A DNA stretch of 64,000 nucleotides from Porphyridium purpureum (Eukaryota). How positions within the stretch are numbered: position 1 is the first letter of the stretch; each line of letters begins with the position of its first letter. The notes under the pieces were generated by a model. It was not told the origin of the DNA. It ran no database searches and was given only the letters and a program-made list of their open reading frames with translations. Positions 41,523 to 50,599 of the stretch are shown here, piece by piece. The stretch lies in assembly GCA_008690995.1 (NCBI GenBank), contig VRMN01000004.1, positions 248,001-312,000 on the forward strand. The letters are read 5' to 3'. The position numbers and the translations under genes are program-made.

Positions 41523-44426
41523 TCAGGAATTGGCGGAGGTCACCAGGATTTCTGTGCCAAGGCAGATGGGCGTTCTGGAGCCAATCCAGGAGCCCACGTC
41601 AAAGACCACCGCCTGTTCGTTCGGGTCTGGAGCGCTCAGCGCCTGTACCGGCGTGCCTGTACTCGCGCTCACGTTGAAGGACGCAGTGCCCATGCCCGTG
41701 GCCTGGCGCACGCACATGCGGTTCAGCAGCCAGCTGTTTCCCGTGTGCGACACCTGCAGCGTGCCAATCTGGTCCAACGAAAGCGGTGCTGACACCAGGA
41801 AGAAGTCGACGCCGCCCCGCTGGAAGCCATGCCGCTCGCGAGGCAGCCGGATGCTGTGCAAATTGGTGTTCGTCGGGTCATGCTCGTGCGGCAGCAGCGC
41901 CACGTAAATGTCACCGTCAGCGGCCGCGTGGTTGTCCCGTCCGGTGCTGATTTCAAGGACATACGAGTGCATCTCAACTTTCACGCTTGACTCAGACACC
42001 TCGTAAGCATACACAGCTTCGACACCGTCGTCGTTCTCTTCGGCGTTCTCCGAATCACTCGCCTGGCCCTGATCCTCACTTGCGTGCCCACCGTTGCCTC
42101 CACCCAAAACCTCACTGAATGCGAGCCGCGCGCCCAACGCACCAACTCCAAAAATGGAGTGCGGCAGCCGCCGCGCGACCATCCAAAGCAATGAGCCTGG
42201 TTGTTCAGGGTCACGTCCGTCCATTGCAGCCCAGTCTTCGAGCGGGCCTCCTCCAGCTTCGGCGCGACCCCCGCGCAAGTTGCGCACATGCTGCTGCTGC
42301 TGCTCTTTCCCTTCGCGCTTGATTGACGCATCACGTTCTCGCATCACAATCATGGGAGGGTTAATCAAAATGGTGCACTTGGACCGCACAAAGTCCCCTG
42401 TGTTGTCACCATACCGCTGTGCGTATGCCTTGAACGACACCCACATATGAATCCAGCCACATGTCACAGTCAGCTTGCTGCCCGCTTTTGTTCTGCGTTT
42501 TAACCGCACCCATAGTTCAGTGGGTTGCACGTCCCCGAGTCCTTCGAGAGCCAACAGCGAATCTCCTACGTACGAGCTCGCCGCGAAAGGCGAGTGGTCG
42601 ACGCCCACGATGTGCAAAACGTCCGTCACTTCGTCGTACACAGGAAACTCAAAGTATTGCGTGAAATTGAAATTTTGCGAAGAAGACGTCACGATGCGAC
42701 TCTTCATGTGTGACTTGCCACAGTACAAGTTGCAGCGCGCCTCCATCACAGGCGCATCGTCCTGCCGTTTCCACAGTCCTCCGTCGAGCAAATGCAACTG
42801 CCAAACACCAAGTGGCCCCTCAGGTGTCTTTTGCTGGTCTTCATGCGCTGTGACCGGCAGAGGCACAGCAGCGGGTGTCTGGCCCTTTGCCTGGTTTGAT
42901 TGGGACTTGCTCGCAGCTGGTCGTTTCCCGGAGATACGCTTTTCTTTCAAGTCCAAGACCGACTCGTATAGGAGCTGAATACGCACGTATCCTAGAGGCT
43001 CGTTGAGAGGGGTGGCCTGGCTCATTTTGGTAATGCCTAGCCACAGGTCAATCCACTGTCCTTGCTTGCTCTCTGCTTCTTGTACTCCGAGCCATGCTGA
43101 CCCAATAAGCGTCGGCTCAACAAAAAGCCGGTCCAACTTGTGATGCTGGTAGGACAGCGCCTGTATCAGCAGCACTTCTCGTCGCGGGTCCTTCACGTAA
43201 AGCTCGAAAAGCTGGTCGTCCGTAAAGTACGGCGAGCTTGAGAGCGCCTCGATCTTCGTTGACAAAGAGCGCTCGCCAAGGGTTATCGTAACACTCGAGT
43301 TAAGACTCTTCTCTTCTGATGGTCCCAAATGAAGCAGGCTTGGCTTGCTTTTCCCCCCATGAAGTGAGGCAGCTGATTCTTCGTCAAAACGCAAGCGGCT
43401 CGCCTCAATGACACGCACGTGAAGTACCCCTTTCGTGTCGTGCGGCATGCGCGCGTGCAATCCCGGTACTGCTCGTAGCACGTTGGTGCGTACCCATGCC
43501 GACGGTGCGAGCACCGAACCTTCGACTTTAAAAAGCCATTTCTTCAAGAACTCTTCAAACAAATTGACGCCTTCACCCGCCGCGGCGGTCTGAAGCTTTC
43601 TCACCCGTCGCTTGATCTGATCATGCGTCTCAGAGATGGCATTATCACCAATCGGACCGTGTCCGCTGTCGCTGTCATCATTGCGCAAGTCCACTTTGGC
43701 AAACCTGGGCCACAAAAGTGCCTCAGACATGGTGACCGAAATGAAGTTGAACACCCAGTTTGACAGGGCTGGCAGGGAGCAAATGTCGAAGCTGAGACTG
43801 AGAGGCTCGACCGACATTTCAACGCGCGGGCGCTCAACAAAGGCCACCTTGAGCGCGTGGAACTCGCCCGTGTAGTCATCGAGCTCGAGCACGAGCCGCA
43901 GCTTGCAACGCACGTTGAGCTTCTCGACCGAAATGAGCGGAATGTTGGCGGTCATCCACTTGGTGGCGAGACGGAACTCGAACTTGCTTGTCAGCCAGTC
44001 CACGTCCGCATCGAGGACAAGCCGCTTATCCTCCTGAGACGTGCGAAACGTCTTGAGGTGATCCAACTGCGGCGCGCGGTTCCCCAAGCACAGGTTCTGA
44101 ACGAACAGGTCCGGTACGAATGGTGGCGGGTTTTCTGAGATCTTTGCGCGCAGGGTCTCCAGCAAAATTGCAGCGAAAAACGGAGCCTGCCTGAGCCATA
44201 GTTGGGCGAGGATCCTATTCAACCACGCAGCAGACTCCATCTGCTCATAGAGAGGCAATTGGCGCCTGACCGGCGGCGGCACTGCGTCGTCTGACACCGG
44301 AGGCACGAGCTGCCGGCCAGACAACACGCGCAACACGCGGCTCAGAATCCATGGCGTCAGCAGGCCAGCGACAAACGGAGACAGCTGCTGGACCAGCCCG
44401 CAGATCCGTACGGCCACTGCCTTCAT
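41523..44426 (-). CDS. Extended-synaptotagmin-like protein: TM-SMP-C2-C2 plus C-terminal PLAT/LH2 domain
   Basis: ESAAWLNRILAQLW...LGNRAP...LLWP (SMP); GVLHVRVIEA (C2); YVLEISTG...DIYVAL...FQRGGVDFF...WLLNRM (PLAT). Confidence 0.8.
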   Translation of the reverse strand: MKAVAVRICGLVQQLSPFVAGLLTPWILSRVLRVLSGRQLVPPVSDDAVPPPVRRQLPLYEQMESAAWLNRILAQLWLRQAPFFAAILLETLRAKISENPPPFVPDLFVQNLCLGNRAPQLDHLKTFRTSQEDKRLVLDADVDWLTSKFEFRLATKWMTANIPLISVEKLNVRCKLRLVLELDDYTGEFHALKVAFVERPRVEMSVEPLSLSFDICSLPALSNWVFNFISVTMSEALLWPRFAKVDLRNDDSDSGHGPIGDNAISETHDQIKRRVRKLQTAAAGEGVNLFEEFLKKWLFKVEGSVLAPSAWVRTNVLRAVPGLHARMPHDTKGVLHVRVIEASRLRFDEESAASLHGGKSKPSLLHLGPSEEKSLNSSVTITLGERSLSTKIEALSSSPYFTDDQLFELYVKDPRREVLLIQALSYQHHKLDRLFVEPTLIGSAWLGVQEAESKQGQWIDLWLGITKMSQATPLNEPLGYVRIQLLYESVLDLKEKRISGKRPAASKSQSNQAKGQTPAAVPLPVTAHEDQQKTPEGPLGVWQLHLLDGGLWKRQDDAPVMEARCNLYCGKSHMKSRIVTSSSQNFNFTQYFEFPVYDEVTDVLHIVGVDHSPFAASSYVGDSLLALEGLGDVQPTELWVRLKRRTKAGSKLTVTCGWIHMWVSFKAYAQRYGDNTGDFVRSKCTILINPPMIVMRERDASIKREGKEQQQQHVRNLRGGRAEAGGGPLEDWAAMDGRDPEQPGSLLWMVARRLPHSIFGVGALGARLAFSEVLGGGNGGHASEDQGQASDSENAEENDDGVEAVYAYEVSESSVKVEMHSYVLEISTGRDNHAAADGDIYVALLPHEHDPTNTNLHSIRLPRERHGFQRGGVDFFLVSAPLSLDQIGTLQVSHTGNSWLLNRMCVRQATGMGTASFNVSASTGTPVQALSAPDPNEQAVVFDVGSWIGSRTPICLGTEILVTSANS

Positions 44427-44774
44427 CCTTCACCAACCGCACCCACACGATCTTGTTCTCCTCTCTACCACCCCTTTGCACCCACCACCTCATCTCGCTT
44501 CCACCTCAACCCGTTACTTCACCGTTATTCTGAGCCCAACCCTGGGTACAGTAGTAATCCTAGTCCGCAACGGTTGGGTACAGTTTGATTTAAACATTGA
44601 ATATTAAATAATGGTTTCTTTTAATATTCTAACTGTACTGAAAGTACAGCGAATGGACGAGAGCGAAAATTGAAGAAAAATAAATTTGGGGGCGCGAGGC
44701 GGAGACGGGGGGTGGGGATGAGAGGACGGGCCCGGAGAGAAGGCGCGCGCGTGAATGTAGTGGGAGAATGAAGC

Positions 44775-45755
44775 GTGATGATGCAGATGGTGATAGGGAG
44801 GCGGCACGCGCTGGGCGCTACGGTCCTACAGCCATGTCGAAGATTTTGGCCGGTGATGGGATGTACGGAGAAGAAGCACGACATGTGGCATGGGAGTAAC
44901 GCGCCTGGGCTGATTGCACGATGGAGTAGTCAAGACGCAGACGCCGGGGAGCCAGGAAATGTGGTCTGGCCATTGCTGCCGTTTCCCTTGAGCCGAGCTA
45001 GAGATATGCCGGATGATTATCCTGATGGCGTGTACTTGTGGAAGACCAAGAAAGTCGTCTGGAATGGTAGGAATTGCGTGCGATGTTGCAATTACGCCGG
45101 CTGCGTGAAGAAAGCTGCAACAGCCAGCAAGCTGTGCAAAATGCATGGCGGTGGTCTCCGCTGCGAACGCGATGGCTGCTCGAAAGTTGCACAGGGAAAC
45201 ACCAAGCTATGCGTTGCACACGGCGGCGGTTACCGCTGCCAGCATCCCGGCTGCTCAAAAGCTGCACAGGGAACCACCAAGTTTTGCGTGGCGCACGGCG
45301 GTGGTTGCCGCTGCGAGTATAGCGGCTGCTTGCGAGCTACACAGGGAGCCTCCAAGTTTTGCCTGAGACACGGCGGCGGTCGCCGCTGCGAGCACGTTGG
45401 CTGCTCAAAAGCTGCACGGGGAGCCACCAAGCTGTGCGTAATGCATGGCGGCGGTCTCCGCTGCGAGCGCGATGGCTGCTCGAAAGTTGCACAGGGAACC
45501 ACCAAGCTGTGCGTTGCACACGGCGGCGGTTACCGCTGCGAGCATCCCGGCTGCACAAAAGCTGCACAGGGAGCCACCAAGCTGTGTACTGCACATGGTG
45601 GCGATCGCCGATGCCAGCATCCCGGCTGCTCAAACGCTGCTCGAGCTTCCCCCTTGTTTTGCGCTCGGCACGCGAATAGGACAGACATCGCTGTTGCAGT
45701 TGGTGAAGCAGCCCAGTCAAATCTTTTGAATAACTCAGAAACGTCCACACCTTGA
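44775..45755 (+). CDS. Protein with 8 tandem Cx4C...Cx2HGGG (WRKY19-like) zinc fingers; start uncertain
   Basis: 25-aa repeats such as RCERDGCSKVAQGTTKLCVAHGGG. Confidence 0.85.
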   Translation: MMMQMVIGRRHALGATVLQPCRRFWPVMGCTEKKHDMWHGSNAPGLIARWSSQDADAGEPGNVVWPLLPFPLSRARDMPDDYPDGVYLWKTKKVVWNGRNCVRCCNYAGCVKKAATASKLCKMHGGGLRCERDGCSKVAQGNTKLCVAHGGGYRCQHPGCSKAAQGTTKFCVAHGGGCRCEYSGCLRATQGASKFCLRHGGGRRCEHVGCSKAARGATKLCVMHGGGLRCERDGCSKVAQGTTKLCVAHGGGYRCEHPGCTKAAQGATKLCTAHGGDRRCQHPGCSNAARASPLFCARHANRTDIAVAVGEAAQSNLLNNSETSTP

Positions 45756-46046
45756 TTATTAGCTGGTCCACTCGCTCGCGTCCGGCCTGGGCGATGTGTC
45801 ATGTCAGCCACATATGCAGACACCGTTTCGGTGGTACGACGTCGAATGTGCCAAGTTTGACCGGGAACAGCGCGACCTTCGGTACACAAATTCGACTATA
45901 AGCACATTCTGCCTACCAGCTGTGGCGTCTCTTGCAAATTGACAATGGAGGAAAGAAACAAAAATTCAAAAGGCAGGCCGGCGGCACTTCTTCTGCTCGC
46001 ACGTCAATCACATCAATCATCATTCATTTTTACATCTCCTTTGCTC

Positions 46047-47342
46047 CTACTTGTGCAAGTCACGGCCCTGAACACTGACGTTGTGTGCGCGTGTGAGTCC
46101 TGCCTGCCCGGTAGCTTTGATCTTTTTCGCAGCCTTTTCCAGCGACTTCAACTTGTCGGTCGAAAGCGCATGCTCGCTCTCTGCCACCTTGCTAGATACG
46201 CTCGCGCTGCCCATTCCGGGCTCTGGCCGCTTCGCAAAGTTACCAAGCGACAGGCGCTCTGGCGGGCGCGCGTAGCTCTCGGCGATCCTCTCTGTCTTTT
46301 TCAAGTTGCGCTTTTTCTCGAACTCCTCCGCCGCACGCTGCGTCTCACTGAGGCGCATGATCCTCTCTCTCCGGCGACGCTCCATTTCCTCTCTCTTCCT
46401 CTGCTGTTCCTCAGGATCGTCAACCTGGTTGTCCCCCGTGGCAAGCGTTCGGCTCCACCTGTTCACGATGCTTCGAGCTAGCCTCCCGTTCGGCGGATGC
46501 GGTTCCTTCTTGCTGTACACTGTCAGTAGCTTTGGCAGACCCTGCGACTCTTCCATTCGCGACGGCCACTCTGCATCGACCGGGAGTTGATCCAAAATGG
46601 TCAGGAGGCGTGTGCGTAGAGGCTGCAAGGGAAAGTCCTCATTAGGCAGCAGGTCCATCCATGTCTTCAAGATCTGGAGAGCGTTCATGTCGAGAAACTG
46701 ATCACGACACTCCACTTTTTTGAACGCCTGTTCGACCTTGGGTAGTAGCTTCATCTTATAAATCGCCGGCTTGCCGTTTTCCAACATGATCCTGTCCTTG
46801 TCACACGCCGCCATCATGGCCGTCACCAGATCAGTCAACTCTTCTTCGACCTCCTGCGGAGTCTTGCTCTTTCGCTTTTTCTTCGCGAGCTTGGCGTCTG
46901 CCATTGTCCGCAGAAAGGTTGACTGGAGAGCACTTTGATCGCCTTCTCCCTCACGCTCCTCAATGTCTGAGTCGTTTCCCCAACCGCCCTCAGTCCGGAT
47001 AACATCGTCCGGGTCTTCGCGAAAGCCTTCATCTTGGACAATGAAGCCGTCATCGTCCGCCGCCGCAGACGCATGCTCGTCGCTTTCATTATCCTCAAGC
47101 TCCTTTATCAGCTCATCTTTCTCCTCATTCGCATTTCCCGCTGGTACGCCACGCTCCACCTTGGCACGCTTGGGCCCCTTCCCTTCCTCCTCGTCCTCGT
47201 CGTCGTCATCGTCCGGCGCATCGGCCTCGTCCATCCGCATCAGCCTCTTCCGCGGCTTTCCCCCTGCCGCCTCTTCACCCTCCCTATTCTCTGCGTCGCT
47301 CGCCAGCACATCTTCCAGGTTCGAGTCTTCTTCGTCACTCAT
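46047..47342 (-). CDS. IWS1: Transcription elongation factor IWS1/SPN1
   Basis: Acidic N-terminus; D....ENGKPAIYKMKLLP, FLD...L..LKTWMDLLP...P, ARSIVNRWSR. Confidence 0.85.
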   Translation of the reverse strand: MSDEEDSNLEDVLASDAENREGEEAAGGKPRKRLMRMDEADAPDDDDDEDEEEGKGPKRAKVERGVPAGNANEEKDELIKELEDNESDEHASAAADDDGFIVQDEGFREDPDDVIRTEGGWGNDSDIEEREGEGDQSALQSTFLRTMADAKLAKKKRKSKTPQEVEEELTDLVTAMMAACDKDRIMLENGKPAIYKMKLLPKVEQAFKKVECRDQFLDMNALQILKTWMDLLPNEDFPLQPLRTRLLTILDQLPVDAEWPSRMEESQGLPKLLTVYSKKEPHPPNGRLARSIVNRWSRTLATGDNQVDDPEEQQRKREEMERRRRERIMRLSETQRAAEEFEKKRNLKKTERIAESYARPPERLSLGNFAKRPEPGMGSASVSSKVAESEHALSTDKLKSLEKAAKKIKATGQAGLTRAHNVSVQGRDLHK

Positions 47343-47655
47343 CGTCTGCACGGTCAACAGTTCCCAGCGAGCGACCTACAAGCCACAACACCGACACGCA
47401 CCAGAACACTTGATCGACACGGTCAATGTCACGCACAACAGCCGCCGGCCGTCCACGTTGTGCGAGCGTACCCGCGCGTTCCCAGCGCCTTCACTAAGCA
47501 AGCTCTCTTCGCGTCGACCACCATCCACTCCGCCTTTCTCAGCTTCAACTGCTCATCTTCCCCACGTGCCACACGCGTCGTGTCTGTCGCGTTCGCAAGC
47601 GCCTTTTATTAGTAAATCAGGTGGATTTACTAGAATGTAATGCGCAGAGAAATGA

Positions 47656-48345
47656 CTACTTGGTACGGTTGGTGTTGGGCTTCTTGGTATCCATGGCCGC
47701 GATGCCGTCCGCAGCAGCACGTAACACTGCTGCGGCTCGTTTGGAGGTGGCCGCCAGCGCGGCGCACATGGTGCGGATTTCGTCCAAGGTTATTTTCCTG
47801 GCTGCCGCAATGGACGAAGCGACGGCGGCAACGCCTTCGGGCAGAGATTCCAACAGCGCGACACAAACGGCGGTTTTCGGGATCAGCTCCGCGAGCGCCA
47901 GCATCGCGTCACAGTGACGTGCGCACTCGTTCAGCGCTGCGATATCCTTCGAGTTGTCTCGTCCTAGTGACGCTTGAGTGCCTTCCTGCATCCACCAATT
48001 CACGTCGCGCGGCGGAGTTTTCAGTGCCTGTGCGCAGCTGAGCAGCTGTTTGGTCTGCCTGTGAAGCGCAGCCAAGTGCTCACCGGCAAGCTTCTGGACG
48101 CCATCTGATGACATTGACTTGCCAACATGGTATGACTTGCTTGCCGACTCCAATTTGCTCAGTGTCTTTTGCGCAGGCTCCACAATTGCCCATATCCTGG
48201 CCGCCGAGGCCACTGCAGAATCCATTTCTAGCTCGAGGGCGCACACTCGGAAAGAAAAGTCGTTCCAACTACCACACGCGGGGACCAGGCTGCTCCAGAT
48301 GTCTGCCTTGTACCGTTTGCATGCTCGGCATCTTCTGGTCTCCAC
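47656..48345 (-). CDS. Hypothetical helical protein
   Basis: ORF with natural amino-acid composition filling the gap between two host genes. Confidence 0.5.
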   Translation of the reverse strand: METRRCRACKRYKADIWSSLVPACGSWNDFSFRVCALELEMDSAVASAARIWAIVEPAQKTLSKLESASKSYHVGKSMSSDGVQKLAGEHLAALHRQTKQLLSCAQALKTPPRDVNWWMQEGTQASLGRDNSKDIAALNECARHCDAMLALAELIPKTAVCVALLESLPEGVAAVASSIAAARKITLDEIRTMCAALAATSKRAAAVLRAAADGIAAMDTKKPNTNRTK

Positions 48346-48535
48346 CGCTCGCCGTGTTCGCCCGGCTGCTTATATGGCCAGAAGCATGCTACGAGGCGTT
48401 TCACACAGAAAGGGAATCGCAGCGTCGATTCAACTGGAAAGTGTGATTTTCGTCTAGGCTCGCGAGTCGGGACGATGGTTTTTTTTTTACTTAGCGAAGC
48501 AAAGGATACCGCTGGCTTGCCAACTGCATAATCGC

Positions 48536-50365
48536 TCACGACTCCTCCATATGTTGCGGCGAGGTCGAGCCGCAAGCAACGTCGAGCGGGTTAGGTTCCG
48601 AACGCGAGGGTTCAGCGGCGGCGGTCGGCGACAGAGACGGCTGCGCGGGCGCGCTTCGCTTGGGACCCCAAATGCGGATAGAGCAATCGTCAGACGCGGA
48701 GCACCACTGGTCGTGTCTTTTCGGGTTCCATGCGACACAGTTCACGGTGCCCGTGTGCCCCTCGAGCGAAAGCAGCAACTCGCCCGACGCGCGATTCCAC
48801 ATGAACACGCGATTGTCCTCGGAGCCACTCAGCACAAACATTTGGTTCGCACCTCCAAAGCAGCTGCGAATGACAAAACGCACTTGCTGCTGTCCACGGT
48901 ACTTTTGCACAATGCGACGCTCTTGCAAGTCCCAGGCGTGGATTTCCGGCTGTGTCTGACTGCTCAGATTCACGAGCAACGTGTTTCCATCATCCGATAA
49001 GCTGATGGATGTTAGATTCTCGCTTTCACTGATCTGGCCGTCCGGCAGGCGCGTCTCAAGATCATGCACAAAGATCCTCTTCTCGCTGGAGATTGTGACC
49101 ATTTTCTTGCCGTCTGCCGAGACGGCCAGGTCGCTCACCCGCACGCCGTGCTCAAAAGTGTATATACACGTCCTAGACTCGACATCGAACAAGTGGCACC
49201 GCCTATCCAGTCCGCCACTGATAAATTGCTTGTCACCGGGCAGCCACGCACACGACGTGACCGACTCGGTATGCTTATTGAACTCGGCTTCACATCCACC
49301 GGATGAGGTGTTCCACAATCGGATGACACGATCATTGCCGCAAGACAGTAGGTACCTGTCGTTATGACTCCACGCCAGAAAGGAAAGGGCGTCCATATGC
49401 CCTTCAAGCTGTAGCACGCGACGCGGCGGGCTTGCTTCCATGTCAAAGATTTTGACCGTCATGTCACGCGATGCGGACGCGAGCCGTGTGCCGTCATGCG
49501 AGAACTGAACAAACCAAACCTCGTCCGTGTGCTCGCGCAGAATATGGTGCGTTACGTGTGGCACCTTTTCCGGGTCGTACGTCAGGTCTTCAAGCAAGCC
49601 CATGCGTTCCTGCCTTGTGTAGGGAAACATGGCAACCTCTGCTTGCTGCGTCAGCGCGCGCTTCAATAGAACTTCTAGTCGCGACTCGGGAATCAAAACA
49701 CTTGCCTTCATGAGCTCGTGCAGACGTGCCATCACTTTGAGCCGACTTTGCGTGCAGGCACCAGGCCACTTTGCGCGCTGATGCAGCTCCTGCCGGGACT
49801 GGCACATCAGTAAAAGAGTCAATTCGTGCAGTCGCTGCCTGTCGTGCTCCATGCCCTGGCCAGCTGGGTCCAGCAGCACTGCCAACTCATGTTGCAGACA
49901 TTCGACCGCGCGGGCGCAGTCCTGCACCTCGAGCATTTCCAGGTACTTTTGCTCGCAGATCACCGCGCGCGCCAGGCGGTTGTGCTCGGTGCTCGCAAAC
50001 GCGTCCAGCCCGGCCAGCACGCCCTCTGCGCGCGCCCATTCTCCGCGCATGACGCAGTCCCTGAACAGCACGACCTCTGGCGCCAATGCCTGCACACCCG
50101 ACTCCTGCTCCAAATGACGCGCCGAGCGCTCCAATCCAAGCTCATCCAAGCTCTGCACCAAGATCCGCAGCAGCTCGTTCTTATCCAGCTCGACGCCGCG
50201 CGCGGCCTCGCAGCCACGTGGCCCTTTCGCCGCGCCACGCGCCGCCACTCCATTCACCCCCGCCATCGCCGCCGCTCCTCCCGACGAGCACACATCCATC
50301 ACCTCTTGCGACCCGGAGCTACCCCCATCCTCACCTTCCTCCTCCAACACCACTCCTTCCCTCAT
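48536..50365 (-). CDS. WDR26: WD40 protein 26 / GID7 (LisH-CTLH-WD40)
   Basis: ELLRILVQSLDELGL..SA..LEQESG (LisH), EQKYLE, IPESRLEVLL, HTDEVWFVQFSHDG, VIRSCFGG, SGSED. Confidence 0.9.
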   Translation of the reverse strand: MREGVVLEEEGEDGGSSGSQEVMDVCSSGGAAAMAGVNGVAARGAAKGPRGCEAARGVELDKNELLRILVQSLDELGLERSARHLEQESGVQALAPEVVLFRDCVMRGEWARAEGVLAGLDAFASTEHNRLARAVICEQKYLEMLEVQDCARAVECLQHELAVLLDPAGQGMEHDRQRLHELTLLLMCQSRQELHQRAKWPGACTQSRLKVMARLHELMKASVLIPESRLEVLLKRALTQQAEVAMFPYTRQERMGLLEDLTYDPEKVPHVTHHILREHTDEVWFVQFSHDGTRLASASRDMTVKIFDMEASPPRRVLQLEGHMDALSFLAWSHNDRYLLSCGNDRVIRLWNTSSGGCEAEFNKHTESVTSCAWLPGDKQFISGGLDRRCHLFDVESRTCIYTFEHGVRVSDLAVSADGKKMVTISSEKRIFVHDLETRLPDGQISESENLTSISLSDDGNTLLVNLSSQTQPEIHAWDLQERRIVQKYRGQQQVRFVIRSCFGGANQMFVLSGSEDNRVFMWNRASGELLLSLEGHTGTVNCVAWNPKRHDQWCSASDDCSIRIWGPKRSAPAQPSLSPTAAAEPSRSEPNPLDVACGSTSPQHMEES

Positions 50366-50599
50366 CCTCTCTCTCCTCCCTCTCTCTCTCTCTCTCCCCG
50401 TCCTATCTTTCTCTGCCTTCACGCTCTTTCTCCGTCTTGCTCTTTTTCCTTCCTTTCCTTTGACCGAAGGTACAGCGAAAGTACTGTTACGTTCTGTTAA
50501 AGTACAGTCCACAGTCCAGTCCCGTGGAATATTGTCATCCCTCTCTGCCTGCCTGATGACGTGATGAGGAGTCATCAAATGCTTAATGATGACAACTCT

